DNA of 64,000 nt, from the IMG/VR virus record IMGVR_UViG_3300030390_001877, positions 68,130 through 132,129 of that record; one strand, written 5' to 3'. The notes beneath the pieces are model-generated. The model was not told where the DNA came from. It ran no database searches and saw only the letters and a list, made by a program, of their open reading frames with translations. Every line of letters begins with the position of its first letter. The first letter of the stretch is position 1. The stretch is from a virus. Below are positions 40,655-50,783 of this stretch, in pieces. A program made the position numbers and the translations under genes.

Positions 40655-41539
40655 ATGAAACAATTTTCAGCATACACATTCACAGGTAACTTGACTCTTT
40701 CAGAAGAAACAATCCTTGGTAAAGTATATCGTCCTTTATCAAAATTAGAGCATCAACAGGTAAGCTTCACACCTTTGTTCGATGAAACTTATTTACAAGA
40801 GGTTTCTACCAAAAATACATCTTTTCAAGTAGCTAAAGTTTTACTTGAAACACGTAAAGAACCTGATAAGAATGTACTCCGTGATAAAGTGGTGGAACGT
40901 TTACAAGAGAACCCTTCCCACGATCCAGAAGTTGTTGAAGAGGAAACCTATCAAGAGTTAAAACTTCTAGCAGGAACTAAACTCCAATCAACAATGGTGT
41001 TCGTGGATAATACTTCTGGTAAGATGTTACTATCTTGTACACGTAAACTTGCTGATGAGGTGATGGAAGACTTATTAGAAGTTTTTGGTGGTGATTATGA
41101 GGAACTCACTCTTATCAAAAGTGAACCTGTAATCGGAGAGAAACTTCTTACAAAATGGGTGGCTTCTGATGAATTACCAGAACCTTTCTGTTTAGGAGAA
41201 ACTACTCATCTAGGTAAACGTTCTGAATTAGATAAATCTCCGAAGAATGCTAATATCAAGATTGATAAGGTTTATGCTAATGATGAGGAAGTGTTGCAGC
41301 ATATTTCTAATGGTAATGTGGTTAAATTAGTCCAGCTAGAATTTGACGGTTTGGTAGACCTGCTTTTAACAAGTGATATGTTTATCAAAGGTGTTAAATT
41401 TAAAGAGAGTGCTGCTTTCAAAGAAGATGTAGGTACTTCGGATAGTGTTAACTTTATGACACAACATCAGTTGCAACTACCATTAATTTTTGATATAGTT
41501 AATTCTTTAGAGAAAGAGTTCTCTGAAACAACAATTTAA
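40655..41539 (+). CDS. rdgC: RdgC-like recombination-associated protein
   Basis: LTKWVASDELPEPFCLGE and VVKLVQLEF...FIKGVKF match the RdgC pattern; start ATG at 40655 after GGAG. Confidence 0.7.
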   Translation: MKQFSAYTFTGNLTLSEETILGKVYRPLSKLEHQQVSFTPLFDETYLQEVSTKNTSFQVAKVLLETRKEPDKNVLRDKVVERLQENPSHDPEVVEEETYQELKLLAGTKLQSTMVFVDNTSGKMLLSCTRKLADEVMEDLLEVFGGDYEELTLIKSEPVIGEKLLTKWVASDELPEPFCLGETTHLGKRSELDKSPKNANIKIDKVYANDEEVLQHISNGNVVKLVQLEFDGLVDLLLTSDMFIKGVKFKESAAFKEDVGTSDSVNFMTQHQLQLPLIFDIVNSLEKEFSETTI

Positions 41540-41552
41540 TCTTAAATAATCG

Positions 41553-41589
41553 TTGACAAACAGATGAGACTCTTGTAATATAGGGTCTC
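41553..41589 (+). promoter_or_regulatory. Promoter with -10 in a hairpin loop
   Basis: TTGACA-17-TAATAT; stem GAGACTCT/AGGGTCTC. Confidence 0.7.
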
Positions 41590-41616
41590 TTATTAAAAGT
41601 AAAAGGAAAATATTTA

Positions 41617-42177
41617 ATGTTAGAAGAAGTTTATAAAACACTGTCGATAGGTATCATAGTGACATTCTTAAGTTGTATGGCGTTCTTAGGTAATCAAATA
41701 AGTCCTGTACTAAATGTAGTAGGTTTTATCATAGCAGCCTTACTTGCTATGTGGAAACCTAATAAATATACATTTTACACATTCACTTTTGCAACTGGTA
41801 TGTTATTATCCTTAAGTATACTACTAGTCAGTGTCAGTACTGTTATTGCAGCTATGGCAGGTACGGTGTTAATCTTTGTAGGTTTAACTACCTATGTACT
41901 TAAGAGTGGGAAGGATTTCTCTGAATGGTTGAAGCCTTTGCTGTATGCTTTGATCGGATTAATAGTATTACAACTTGCAAATTTATTCTTTTTAGGTAAT
42001 GAAACTCTAGAATCAGTGACCAGTGTATTAGGTGTTATGATTTTCTCAGGGTTAATTCTTGCAGATACATCTCAAATCGTAAATGGCACTTTTAAAAATA
42101 AATATGAAGCTGCCTTATCAATGCATTTGAATATAGTAAACCTATTCTTACATATGCTAGGTGTGTTAGAAGACTAA
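41617..42177 (+). CDS. BAX inhibitor-1 / YccA family membrane protein
   Basis: GTVLIFVGLTTYVLKSGKDFS, GVMIFSGLILADTSQI, AALSMHLNIVNLF. Confidence 0.85.
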   Translation: MLEEVYKTLSIGIIVTFLSCMAFLGNQISPVLNVVGFIIAALLAMWKPNKYTFYTFTFATGMLLSLSILLVSVSTVIAAMAGTVLIFVGLTTYVLKSGKDFSEWLKPLLYALIGLIVLQLANLFFLGNETLESVTSVLGVMIFSGLILADTSQIVNGTFKNKYEAALSMHLNIVNLFLHMLGVLED

Positions 42178-42190
42178 CCAATAAACATAG

Positions 42191-42218
42191 AAGCCTCTCT
42201 TCGGAGGGGTTTCCTTTA
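42191..42218 (+). terminator. Terminator after the YccA-like gene
   Basis: AAGCCTCTC-TTCG-GAGGGGTTT then CCTTT. Confidence 0.65.
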
Positions 42219-42275
42219 AGGAGAAATTATGACCCTAATTATAGATTTACTTTCAGAAGAAGTGAGGTCATCTTT

Positions 42276-42533
42276 ATGAAACAAACTTTCGAATCAATAT
42301 GGGAAGAACTCTTCCCTGATAACGAAACACATGACCCAGAAGGTTATATGACTTTAGAATAAGAATGTTCTAAGGAAGTCTACCAACATCAGATTGAATC
42401 TTTTAAACAGGTGATATCTCGTTTAGAAAATTACCCTTCTTGCATGAGTTGTTATCTTACCCAAGAAGAAATGGTAATAGGTAATAGTATGAAAGAGAAT
42501 CTGATACGTATTTTGAAGGAGGAGGTGTTGTGA
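42276..42533 (+). pseudogene. Small ORF interrupted by an in-frame TAA at 42360-42362
   Basis: MKQTFESIWEELFPDNETHDPEGYMTLE*ECSKEVYQHQ...ILKEEVL*; RBS GAGG upstream. Confidence 0.55.
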
Positions 42534-42596
42534 AAAATAATTTTTAAAGTTTATCTTATTAACAAACAATTTTAATTTTAGAAGGAAAATCAATTT

Positions 42597-43190
42597 ATGA
42601 AAAATATCTTAATCGCAACAGTACTACTTGCAGCAACAGCTTTTAACGTACAGGCAATCTCTTACACAAAAGGTTACTCTGATACAGTAGGTAGTAGTCA
42701 TTCATCTACAACTGTAGATAACGTAACTCAACGTATCATCAAAGAGCGTGCTGTTATCACAGATACTACTATTGGTGGTGGTAGTGATGATAATCGTTGT
42801 ACAGGTTTGAATTGTGGTTCTGCTGATAACATCACAACTTCTCGTGAGGTGGTCTCTCGTAACACTAACTTACGTGTTACAGAAACAGGTTTGAATCAAA
42901 CAACAGGTAATACTAAAAATTGTACTAGCTTTGGTAACGTTAATGGTTTAAACTTCTCAGAAGGTACTGGTACAAGCGTAGCATCTACTGCGGGTAGTTC
43001 TGTATTAGCTGCAACTGGTGATGTCAACAGTGTAACTCGTACCACAACACATACAACAAATGGTGGTGCAGAAGTAGGTAAGAGTCATAAAGTTGACAAA
43101 TCTTTCACAAGTATTTCTGAATTAACTAAGTCTTCTTCAGCATCTGCTACGAACACATCAACCTTTACTAGCAGTACTGGGTACAACTAA
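42597..43190 (+). CDS. Secreted Thr/Ser/Gly-rich beta-type protein
   Basis: Sec signal peptide MKNILIATVLLAATAFNVQA; strongly biased codons; followed by a terminator at about 43201-43232. Confidence 0.75.
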   Translation: MKNILIATVLLAATAFNVQAISYTKGYSDTVGSSHSSTTVDNVTQRIIKERAVITDTTIGGGSDDNRCTGLNCGSADNITTSREVVSRNTNLRVTETGLNQTTGNTKNCTSFGNVNGLNFSEGTGTSVASTAGSSVLAATGDVNSVTRTTTHTTNGGAEVGKSHKVDKSFTSISELTKSSSASATNTSTFTSSTGYN

Positions 43191-43244
43191 AATACTTTAA
43201 AGAGCCTCATCCATTGTGGGTGGGGTTTTTCTTTTATAAAAAGC

Positions 43245-43273
43245 TTGTATATTACGATAAGTAGTGTTATCAT
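43245..43273 (+). promoter_or_regulatory. Promoter for 43304
   Basis: TTGTAT-17-TATCAT. Confidence 0.55.
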
Positions 43274-43303
43274 AAAAGCTAATTTAAAGATAGGAGAATA
43301 TTT

Positions 43304-44233
43304 ATGATAAAATTATCACTGGCGATTGCAGTAGCATCTGTAACCCTTGTAACAACATTACCAACTTACGCAAAAGAACCAGCTAGTGTAAATGGAATTA
43401 CCTCTAATGATGTTGCTAATATGACTAACGCCCCTGTAATAAATTCTGTTGGACAAAACACTACTGTTCAGGTAAATCAGAATGATCACGAACAAGTGGA
43501 AGATTTGAAATGCCCTTTACCAACATTATCAGCTACAGCAGGGTATAACGTTCAGCAAGCAGATAACAATTACAACAACTACCGAACAGAAGGACAAGGG
43601 GTTAATGCTGTTATAGGGTTCTCTATGCCAGTAGGTGCTGAAGTTAAGTGTGGTGACTTGTTCAAAGCAAAGATGGTTATTGTTCAGAATAATATCCTTG
43701 ATGCAAAAGTAGGTCAGTGTTTGAAATGGGATAAGATGGGTTACACTCTTAATAGAGATAAACTTTTCCAGAATAATCTTATTACAAAAGAGCAGAATAA
43801 AAGTTTAATGTTTTGTGAATATGTATCTAAAGTGGAAGAGCGTAACCCAGAACAATTCAAACAGGATATCAAGTACCTTACTCAAGAGAATAATCAATTG
43901 AAGAATGAACTTGCCTCTTCTAAGGAAGTGACACCTCCTAAAGTGAAAGGTTACAGAGAGTATCGTATTCGTTTTAAAGATTGGGTATCCAGTTGTAACA
44001 CAGGTTGTAATGGCGAGTATAAGTTCATCAAAGAATACCTAAGTGCAGTACAAAGTAATTCTTCTAAAGGTGTAAAACTATTTGCAGAACCATACGGAAA
44101 TGATAAAGTATCTGTTTATGTAAGAGGAAGTTGGAACACTTGGACAGAGGCTGAGATGGAGAGACAACGTTATGTTGTGGCGGGACTTCCTGCGAAGATT
44201 GTTGGTGTTAGAGGGAGTGAGATTTATGAGTGA
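43304..44233 (+). CDS. Secreted Cys-containing protein with coiled coil and possible SPOR-like C-terminus
   Basis: Signal peptide MIKLSLAIAVASVTLVTTLPTYA; CPLPT, beta-hairpin, several Cys, coiled coil, YRIRF...YVRGSW...EAE. Confidence 0.7.
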   Translation: MIKLSLAIAVASVTLVTTLPTYAKEPASVNGITSNDVANMTNAPVINSVGQNTTVQVNQNDHEQVEDLKCPLPTLSATAGYNVQQADNNYNNYRTEGQGVNAVIGFSMPVGAEVKCGDLFKAKMVIVQNNILDAKVGQCLKWDKMGYTLNRDKLFQNNLITKEQNKSLMFCEYVSKVEERNPEQFKQDIKYLTQENNQLKNELASSKEVTPPKVKGYREYRIRFKDWVSSCNTGCNGEYKFIKEYLSAVQSNSSKGVKLFAEPYGNDKVSVYVRGSWNTWTEAEMERQRYVVAGLPAKIVGVRGSEIYE

Positions 44234-44272
44234 GTTTTATTTTAAAGATGTTATATTTGGATAGGAGAAATT

Positions 44273-45676
44273 ATGACAAATAAGTTTAGTAAGAAAGCGT
44301 TCAACCCTTCTCAGGGAGGTAGTTTTGTAGAGGAAGAAAACAAAGAACATAAACGTTTTAAGATGTGTTACTCTGATCACGACACGCATGTAGTACGTTG
44401 TGCAAAGATGATGCAAGAAGATTATATTGAAGCTAGGCACATATCCTCTGGTAGAGTAAAAGAGTTTCCAAACAAGACTTGCTTTGGGGTGAACAAGAAG
44501 GGTATCCTAGAGCTGACAGAAGATGATTTATCAAGTAATAAACGTACTGATGACAAAGGTCGTCCATATAAGTGGTTGGCTTGGACAAACAAGGATCGTC
44601 AAGAAAAAGGTCAATCTGTTTTTAGAGCAGAAGATTTTGAAGTTTTATCTAAGGCGCGTCTTAATCCAGAATTTGACACCTTTGAAGAAGCTTTGGATGC
44701 TGCCGAGAAGATCTTTGCCTCTCATATTAAAGCTTTGAAGCGTAACATGGATTCAGAAGATTATACACTCCTTATCAGTGGTAAAGGTAATTACAGGGAT
44801 TACGAATCAAAGACTGTAGGTTATAAATCTTCTCGTGGTGAAAAACCAATATATTTCCAAGAGTTCAAAGATAAAATTTCCGAGGTTTATAAAAATAAGA
44901 TTTGGTGGGCTAAAGATAACGAAGCAGAGGATCTTATCCAATACATAGCTAAACAACAAACAGCTTTGTATGGATATGATCAAACTAAATGGGACTCTTG
45001 TGCTGCATATATTGACAAGGATGTAACTCAGTGTTATATTCCAGCTAAATCTTACGATAATTATGAAGATGGCTGGTTTGGGGGTGACCTATTTTATTGC
45101 GAGAAAACTCTGGTAGCTCAAACTATATCAGGAGATCCTACTGATACAATAGAGGGATTACCTTCTCTTACAGAGTCTGTAACTAAACATTTTGGATTAC
45201 GTAAATCGAGTGGTGTAAGTAAATCAACAGCAGAGAAACTACTAGATGGTAGTGAAACCTTCCAAGAAATGTGGAAGCGTGCAGTATACTGTTACCAACA
45301 ATATTATGGTTTTGATAAAGAGTATAACTTTAAAGATGTTCACGGAGAAGACCAGTGTTGGACGTGGATTGACTATATGCAACAATGTTATGTTTTAGTT
45401 AAGATGCAGGAATACGAAGGTCAAATTCCATGTGTACGTGAATATCTTTCTGAGATAGGTGTTCCTTGGAAAGACGAGATTAAGTATGGAGAGATTGAGA
45501 TTGATACGGAAGGTTTGGTAAACAATCTTAAAATATGTAAATCTACTTTAGCGGAACTAGAGTCAATATTGAAATCTTATAAGAGTCTTCCCAAACCTAA
45601 ACTTATCGATAAGTTAGATGAAGCTGTTAAACTCAAAGATGAATTGAAAGGTAATATAAGTTTATTGGAGGTGTGA
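44273..45676 (+). CDS. 5'-3' exonuclease / flap endonuclease (T5 D15 / T7 gp6-like)
   Basis: GKGNYR, YKSSRGEKP, EAEDLI, IDKDVTQ, GDPTDTIEGLP. Confidence 0.85.
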   Translation: MTNKFSKKAFNPSQGGSFVEEENKEHKRFKMCYSDHDTHVVRCAKMMQEDYIEARHISSGRVKEFPNKTCFGVNKKGILELTEDDLSSNKRTDDKGRPYKWLAWTNKDRQEKGQSVFRAEDFEVLSKARLNPEFDTFEEALDAAEKIFASHIKALKRNMDSEDYTLLISGKGNYRDYESKTVGYKSSRGEKPIYFQEFKDKISEVYKNKIWWAKDNEAEDLIQYIAKQQTALYGYDQTKWDSCAAYIDKDVTQCYIPAKSYDNYEDGWFGGDLFYCEKTLVAQTISGDPTDTIEGLPSLTESVTKHFGLRKSSGVSKSTAEKLLDGSETFQEMWKRAVYCYQQYYGFDKEYNFKDVHGEDQCWTWIDYMQQCYVLVKMQEYEGQIPCVREYLSEIGVPWKDEIKYGEIEIDTEGLVNNLKICKSTLAELESILKSYKSLPKPKLIDKLDEAVKLKDELKGNISLLEV

Positions 45677-45705
45677 AATCATTAATTATGTAGAAGGAGA
45701 ATAAT

Positions 45706-46026
45706 ATGAAAAGTTTAAAACAATATGTGGGAGAATATTCTATTGAAAAAGGTTACTCTTTAGAAGAGGAATTCCTTTACGAAACGTTTATAGAATGCCT
45801 GTCAGAAGGTGTTGTTCAAGAAGAAACTGTAGACGAACGCCGCTGGTATAAGGTACGTTATGTTGTTCACAAAGTAACTATTGAAGGGCAAGAAAGATTT
45901 TTCCAAACATACGATTACCATATTACAGGAGATAATTGTGCTAGGGATATGGGCTTGGATATGCCAACATTAGATTCAGTAGTAGAAGTTTTCCCAGAAG
46001 AAATTACAACAACAATTTACCGATAA
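45706..46026 (+). CDS. Hypothetical protein
   Basis: 106-aa ORF with RBS. Confidence 0.7.
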   Translation: MKSLKQYVGEYSIEKGYSLEEEFLYETFIECLSEGVVQEETVDERRWYKVRYVVHKVTIEGQERFFQTYDYHITGDNCARDMGLDMPTLDSVVEVFPEEITTTIYR

Positions 46027-46036
46027 GGAGAGTAGT

Positions 46037-46705
46037 ATGTCACGAGTAAATAAAGAAGAATTAGGTAACGCATTAACATATCTTTACGAAAGCACCCTAG
46101 ATTTCAATCGTATTGGTGGGAAAAGTATTCACCCAGACTACACAGAATCTCAAAAAGGGGTTATCCTTGAGGAAGGTAAGGAAACTATTAAAGCATTGAT
46201 TGAAAAGGATTTGAAAGAACTTATTGACGGGTGTCTGGATGTCTGTGTAACGGCTTCTTTCATGGTGATGATCCTTGATGGTAATGATTCTCTTACAAAA
46301 GGTCACACAAACCTTTTCAATGTAGATGGACGTTCTCAAGAAGTTATCGCTGGGAGTTTATTAACTTGCTTGCTTAAAGAGGATTGGATTGGAGTATTAG
46401 AGTGTGCAGAAGATTTACTCTACCTCTCTGAAGGAGACACTATTCATAACGTATACGAGGTTGCGAACAGTAATTTATCAAAATACGTACCTGTTACTTT
46501 ATTAGACGACCCTGAGGAAATGTGTGAGACTATTGAATCAGAAGATCGTTATACGGGAGTAGAATACTCTATTAATAAGAAGTCTAATGGGGAGGAAGTT
46601 TATGTTTTCACAGCAACTTACGATTTGAAAGAGAAGCATGCTTTTGACAAACCTAAAATTGTCAAACCAAAAGGATTCTTCAAAGAACCTAATTTAATTG
46701 TATAA
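46037..46705 (+). CDS. MazG-like NTP pyrophosphohydrolase
   Basis: ILEEGKET...ELIDGCLDV and EVANSNLSK. Confidence 0.75.
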   Translation: MSRVNKEELGNALTYLYESTLDFNRIGGKSIHPDYTESQKGVILEEGKETIKALIEKDLKELIDGCLDVCVTASFMVMILDGNDSLTKGHTNLFNVDGRSQEVIAGSLLTCLLKEDWIGVLECAEDLLYLSEGDTIHNVYEVANSNLSKYVPVTLLDDPEEMCETIESEDRYTGVEYSINKKSNGEEVYVFTATYDLKEKHAFDKPKIVKPKGFFKEPNLIV

Positions 46706-46716
46706 GAGGATTTCTT

Positions 46717-47431
46717 ATGAAAAACCTATCAGAAGACCCTCTCACACAAGAACTTATTCTTCTCAATGTTGCCATTGAAAAAGGTAACTTTATTCTAATG
46801 GATAACTCTTGTGTGATACCAATCTCCCTAGAAGATGATACTCTTCTTTACGTGGAGGATGGTCAGTACAGTGTTTGTAATATTAATAATCATGTTTTTG
46901 GAGAGTGTTAATAATGAAAGAAAGTTTATTTGAGAAGATTAAGTCTGTCCTTGAAGAGATAGATGTTTGCTATCCTTATATGGAATGTTGTGAAGGAGAG
47001 TTCTTTGCAAATAATCATGAGTTTTATTATGTTTCAAGAGGAGATGTTTACTCAGGAGAAGTTAAGGAAGGTGTTGCGACTAAAGATGACTGCACTTTCA
47101 TAAATTATGACACGGGTTGCGGTGAGACTATTACAAAAGTGTTACTTACTAAAAACAGAATATCACCTGATCTATTCTACGAGAAATATGAGGATTGTAT
47201 GTAATGCGTGATATGAGAGGTGTTATTATTGAAGAAAAAGATACTATTGCTTACGGTAAATCTTCTAGACATGATCCTATTGCAATCGGAGAAGTAGTAA
47301 GCATTTCTGATGACGGTGTAATCCTTGTGAAAGGGGTGAACAACTCTAAAGGAGGTTATATAAGTAAACCTGAAAGGATTATTGTTTTGCCGAGTCATTA
47401 TAAGGAGAAGGGTGTTGACAGTACCGAGTAA
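46717..47431 (+). CDS. Three hypothetical proteins (46717-46911, 46905-47204, 47195-47431)
   Basis: Overlapping small ORFs. Confidence 0.65.
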
Positions 47432-47999
47432 GAGTGATATTGCTAAACGTAAGAAGAAGTTAGATACTTGGTTGAAAGGGTTGGAAGAAGATGGTAGTAT
47501 GTCTGAGAAGAAGTTATGTACTCTTCTGAGGAGTTCTGTTAGGAACGTTTGGATGCGACACGCAGTTAAGCTTTCCTACCTATATAGTAAAACATACCCT
47601 GATATGGACAATTCTACTAGAACTAAGTGGCTTATAGATTGTGAACATTGCGGAGAAGCGTTTAAAACTAGTGACGTACAGGTTGACCATATTGTAGGTG
47701 AACATAGTCTATTAACTCTAGAGGATGTTGTTCCTTTCGCAAGAAGTATTCTCGGAGTAAGTCATAGTGATCTAAGAATTCTCTGTGTTCCCTGTCACGA
47801 AGCGATCACCTATGCCGAACGTTATGGTTTATCTATAGAAGAGGCTTTTGCTGAGAAGAAGGTTATTGCTAAAATAAAGCAAACCGTTGCAAAACAAAAA
47901 GCTGAGTTGAAAAAGTTTGGATATAAGCCTGCAGAGTGCTCTAATGAAGATAAACGTAGAGCTTTGTATAGATTACTTTTGAAAGATGGGAAAATTTAA
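47412..47999 (+). CDS. HNH-family endonuclease with Zn finger
   Basis: CEHCG...QVDHIVG...LRILCVPCH; GTG/TTG start after GGAG. Confidence 0.8.
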   Translation: MLTVPSKSDIAKRKKKLDTWLKGLEEDGSMSEKKLCTLLRSSVRNVWMRHAVKLSYLYSKTYPDMDNSTRTKWLIDCEHCGEAFKTSDVQVDHIVGEHSLLTLEDVVPFARSILGVSHSDLRILCVPCHEAITYAERYGLSIEEAFAEKKVIAKIKQTVAKQKAELKKFGYKPAECSNEDKRRALYRLLLKDGKI

Positions 48000-48008
48000 A
48001 ATATAAGG

Positions 48009-48048
48009 TTGACAATCACAAAGAGGCTTGCTAGTGTAGGAGTCTCTT
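48009..48048 (+). promoter_or_regulatory. Promoter with -10 in a hairpin loop
   Basis: TTGACA-17-TAGTGT; stem AAGAGGCTT/GAGTCTCTT. Confidence 0.6.
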
Positions 48049-48066
48049 ATCAAACAGGAGAATAAT

Positions 48067-49230
48067 ATGAGTAAAGTTAAAAAGTTGACAGGTAAAGAAG
48101 TGATGGATTTATTTTCATCAGGGGAGAGAGCAGGGGCTTACGTTAGAGTAAGTTTTCTGAAAGACTTTTTAGGTAATATCTACCTAGCGGAGGAGGATGC
48201 TCTTGAAGGTAAAAATATATTACCAGAGGGCCATTGGTTAGGGATGGATTATACAGACTATGGTATGGGCTTACCCACGTTGTATTCCAGTCACGGGTGT
48301 GATGACCAACCTGATCAAGTGACTATAGGTATTCATGAGGATACAATCCAAGGTGAGCTTTCTGAGGGTGAACTTTGGGTGTGGGAGGCGTAAATTTTTA
48401 ATTAAGAGGTGGTTATGAAAACAGCAATCCCAGCTCAGATAATATCTTGAGAAAGGGTGTCTTTGCATCAGGGATGGTGTAATCAAGAAACAACCCCCTG
48501 AAATAAAAGATTTTGATGCAGTATATTATTACGAAAATAATTGTATTTGTTCTAGAAATTATGTACACTTGGAAGAGGATGATCGATGAGTAAAGATAAC
48601 AATTTAACAGAAGTAGATTTCGGATTAGGGGTTGATAAACCTATTGCAATTATTAATTATGAAAATAAAGAAATTATCCAAGAGTTTAATGATGCATTAG
48701 ATGCTGCTCAATGGTTAGCTGTTGCAGGAGATGTGTATACCTTGGTAAATAGAGAAGTTAATTACGAAGATGATGAAGATTTCGATAAATGGCTTGAAGA
48801 AAGTAGTGTTGGTAAGGAGAATATTTAATATGAAAAGTATGTTTGATAAAGGTAGAGAAGACTTCCTAAAAGGTGTATCTTATAAAGGAAACACTTCTGC
48901 AGAGTGGATTCGTGGATGGGATTATGAGAATCGTCTAACACGTTGTAACTTTTCTAATTATGATTGGAACTTATCTGGGAGAGTAGCTACTTCTTCTGAT
49001 ATGAGAACTTTATTTCGATAGGAGAGGATATGTTTAAATTTAAAGATTTTACAGAAGACGATATTGTATGTACGAGTGAACCTTTGTATGATATTTTTGA
49101 GGGAGGTTATATCTGTCCTTTTAAATTACTGGAAAATGATTGGGAAGCGAAGAAAGTACAAGAAGCTATTAATCTAGTGCATAATTTTCTTGCTTGTGCT
49201 GAAAATGTTGGTGTAGTAGAAGTTGTTTGA
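48067..49230 (+). CDS. Four hypothetical proteins (48067-48393, 48586-48828, 48830-49021, 49030-49230)
   Basis: ORFs with GGAG RBS. Confidence 0.65.
48415..48589 (+). pseudogene. Possible degraded small ORF (in-frame TGA plus frameshift in a C5 run)
   Basis: GAGG RBS + MKTAIPAQIIS*ERVSLHQGWCNQETTP / EIKDFDAVYYYEN...EEDDR*, whose stop overlaps the next ATG. Confidence 0.35.
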
Positions 49231-49239
49231 GGAGAGAAT

Positions 49240-49722
49240 ATGTTTGATTGGATATTAAGATTATTTAAGAAGAAACCTAAGAAAGCCTCTTATAAGAAAA
49301 CAGACTTTACAAAGTATCGGTACTATAAAGGTGAACGTCAATACTATTGTTCTGAAACAAATGAGTGGTTATATTGGTATCTTCTTTTAGATATTGTTAC
49401 AGATGACTCTGGTGAAAGTGTGAACCTAGACTCAATGAGTGAACGACAAGAATTGGACTTTGCTAACACAGGTTACACTACCCAAGAAGTGGTTGAGTCA
49501 GCACAAAGATATACTTCTTCAGAAGGTTATCAATCTGCAAGGGAGAGTATTATTGAAGAGTGTTATTCTAATAGAGGTAGTTATTCTTCTCCAAGCTACT
49601 CTAGTGGAGGTAGTTATTCTTCAGATAATAGTTATTCTTCTGGAAGTAGTAGTAGTAGTTCTTACGATAGTAGTTCTAGTGGAAGTTGTTCTAGCTCAAG
49701 CAGTGGTGGAGGTTGTGATTGA
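49240..49722 (+). CDS. Hypothetical protein with Ser/Gly/Tyr low-complexity tail ending GGGCD
   Basis: ORF track translation. Confidence 0.7.
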   Translation: MFDWILRLFKKKPKKASYKKTDFTKYRYYKGERQYYCSETNEWLYWYLLLDIVTDDSGESVNLDSMSERQELDFANTGYTTQEVVESAQRYTSSEGYQSARESIIEECYSNRGSYSSPSYSSGGSYSSDNSYSSGSSSSSSYDSSSSGSCSSSSSGGGCD

Positions 49723-50567
49723 ATAGTGTAGATAAACAGTATAACTCTTTAGGTAAGTCTCTTTTAGAAGAAGGTGTTTGGGTAACAAATGAACGTACAG
49801 GTAAGAGATGCCTTACTGGAGAGACAGTTATTTTCACATACGATTTACGGACAGAACCTTTCTCGATTATCACCTCTAGACAAGCACCTTTCAAATTAGG
49901 TGTTGCGGAAGTTATTGGTTATTGGCAAGGTAAGACCAGTGCTGCAGATTTCCGTAAGCTTGGTACGAAAAGTTGGGATGCTAATGCTAATCTGAACAAA
50001 GCTTGGTTAGAAAACCCTAATCGTAAAGGTGAGGATCAGATGGGCAAGGTTTATGGCTACTTTGGTCACAACTTTGGAGGAGTGAATCAATTTGAGAAAG
50101 TTTATAACAATCTTCGTAAAGGTATAGATGATCGAGGGGAAATTATTACTTACTGGAAGCCTGATCAATTTGAGGAAGGTTGCCTGCGCCCCTGCTTGCA
50201 CTCTGTTCAATTCAATCTTCTTGGCGATGTGTTACATATGACGGCAACCCAAAGATCGTGTGACGTCCCCTTAGGGTTAGTTGCGAATACACAAGAGTGC
50301 TGGTTTATGTTAGAGTTGATGGCACAGATCACAGGTAATAAGGTTGGAAAGGTCACACACGTGATTAATCAACCTCATATTTACGAAGACCAAATAGGTA
50401 ACTTCATAATGCAAATGGAACGTGGTGCTGTAGACTGCTCTCCTAAATTAACTATCTGCGAGAGTGTTAAAACTTGGGAAGATGTTATGTCTTTGGAAGA
50501 TACTAGTAAATTTACCTTGACAAACTATGAACACCTTGGTAAGATTAGTTTTCCATTTAGTGAATAG
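49719..50567 (+). CDS. thyA: Thymidylate synthase
   Basis: RTG, LRPCLH, QRSCDVPLG, HIYEDQ. Confidence 0.95.
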   Translation: MNSVDKQYNSLGKSLLEEGVWVTNERTGKRCLTGETVIFTYDLRTEPFSIITSRQAPFKLGVAEVIGYWQGKTSAADFRKLGTKSWDANANLNKAWLENPNRKGEDQMGKVYGYFGHNFGGVNQFEKVYNNLRKGIDDRGEIITYWKPDQFEEGCLRPCLHSVQFNLLGDVLHMTATQRSCDVPLGLVANTQECWFMLELMAQITGNKVGKVTHVINQPHIYEDQIGNFIMQMERGAVDCSPKLTICESVKTWEDVMSLEDTSKFTLTNYEHLGKISFPFSE

Positions 50568-50576
50568 GAGAATATT

Positions 50577-50783
50577 ATGAATCAAGATATTATTGAATAT
50601 TTAGAAGGTTATTGGGAAGAGTATAAATTAAAGAGTGTATACTTTTTCGAAAAGACCTCTAACTCAGGGATTATAACTTTCTTCCCTGAAAGTAATAGTC
50701 TTTATATCGGAGAGGAGGGATATGGTTACGAAGTACAGATACAAGACCTTCAACACTTAATTCAATTGGAGGCGTTATTATGA
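50577..50783 (+). CDS. Hypothetical protein
   Basis: Small ORF between thyA and DHFR. Confidence 0.65.
   Translation: MNQDIIEYLEGYWEEYKLKSVYFFEKTSNSGIITFFPESNSLYIGEEGYGYEVQIQDLQHLIQLEALL

Noticed and set aside
47412-47999. Second HNH protein as a mobile homing element
   Set aside because: Zn-finger HNH embedded in a replication/recombination operon, without NUMOD-type DNA-binding modules or a nearby intron; more likely a resident nuclease
49560-49722. AGT/TCT-rich low-complexity DNA as a tandem repeat element
   Set aside because: Explained by the Ser/Gly-rich protein tail
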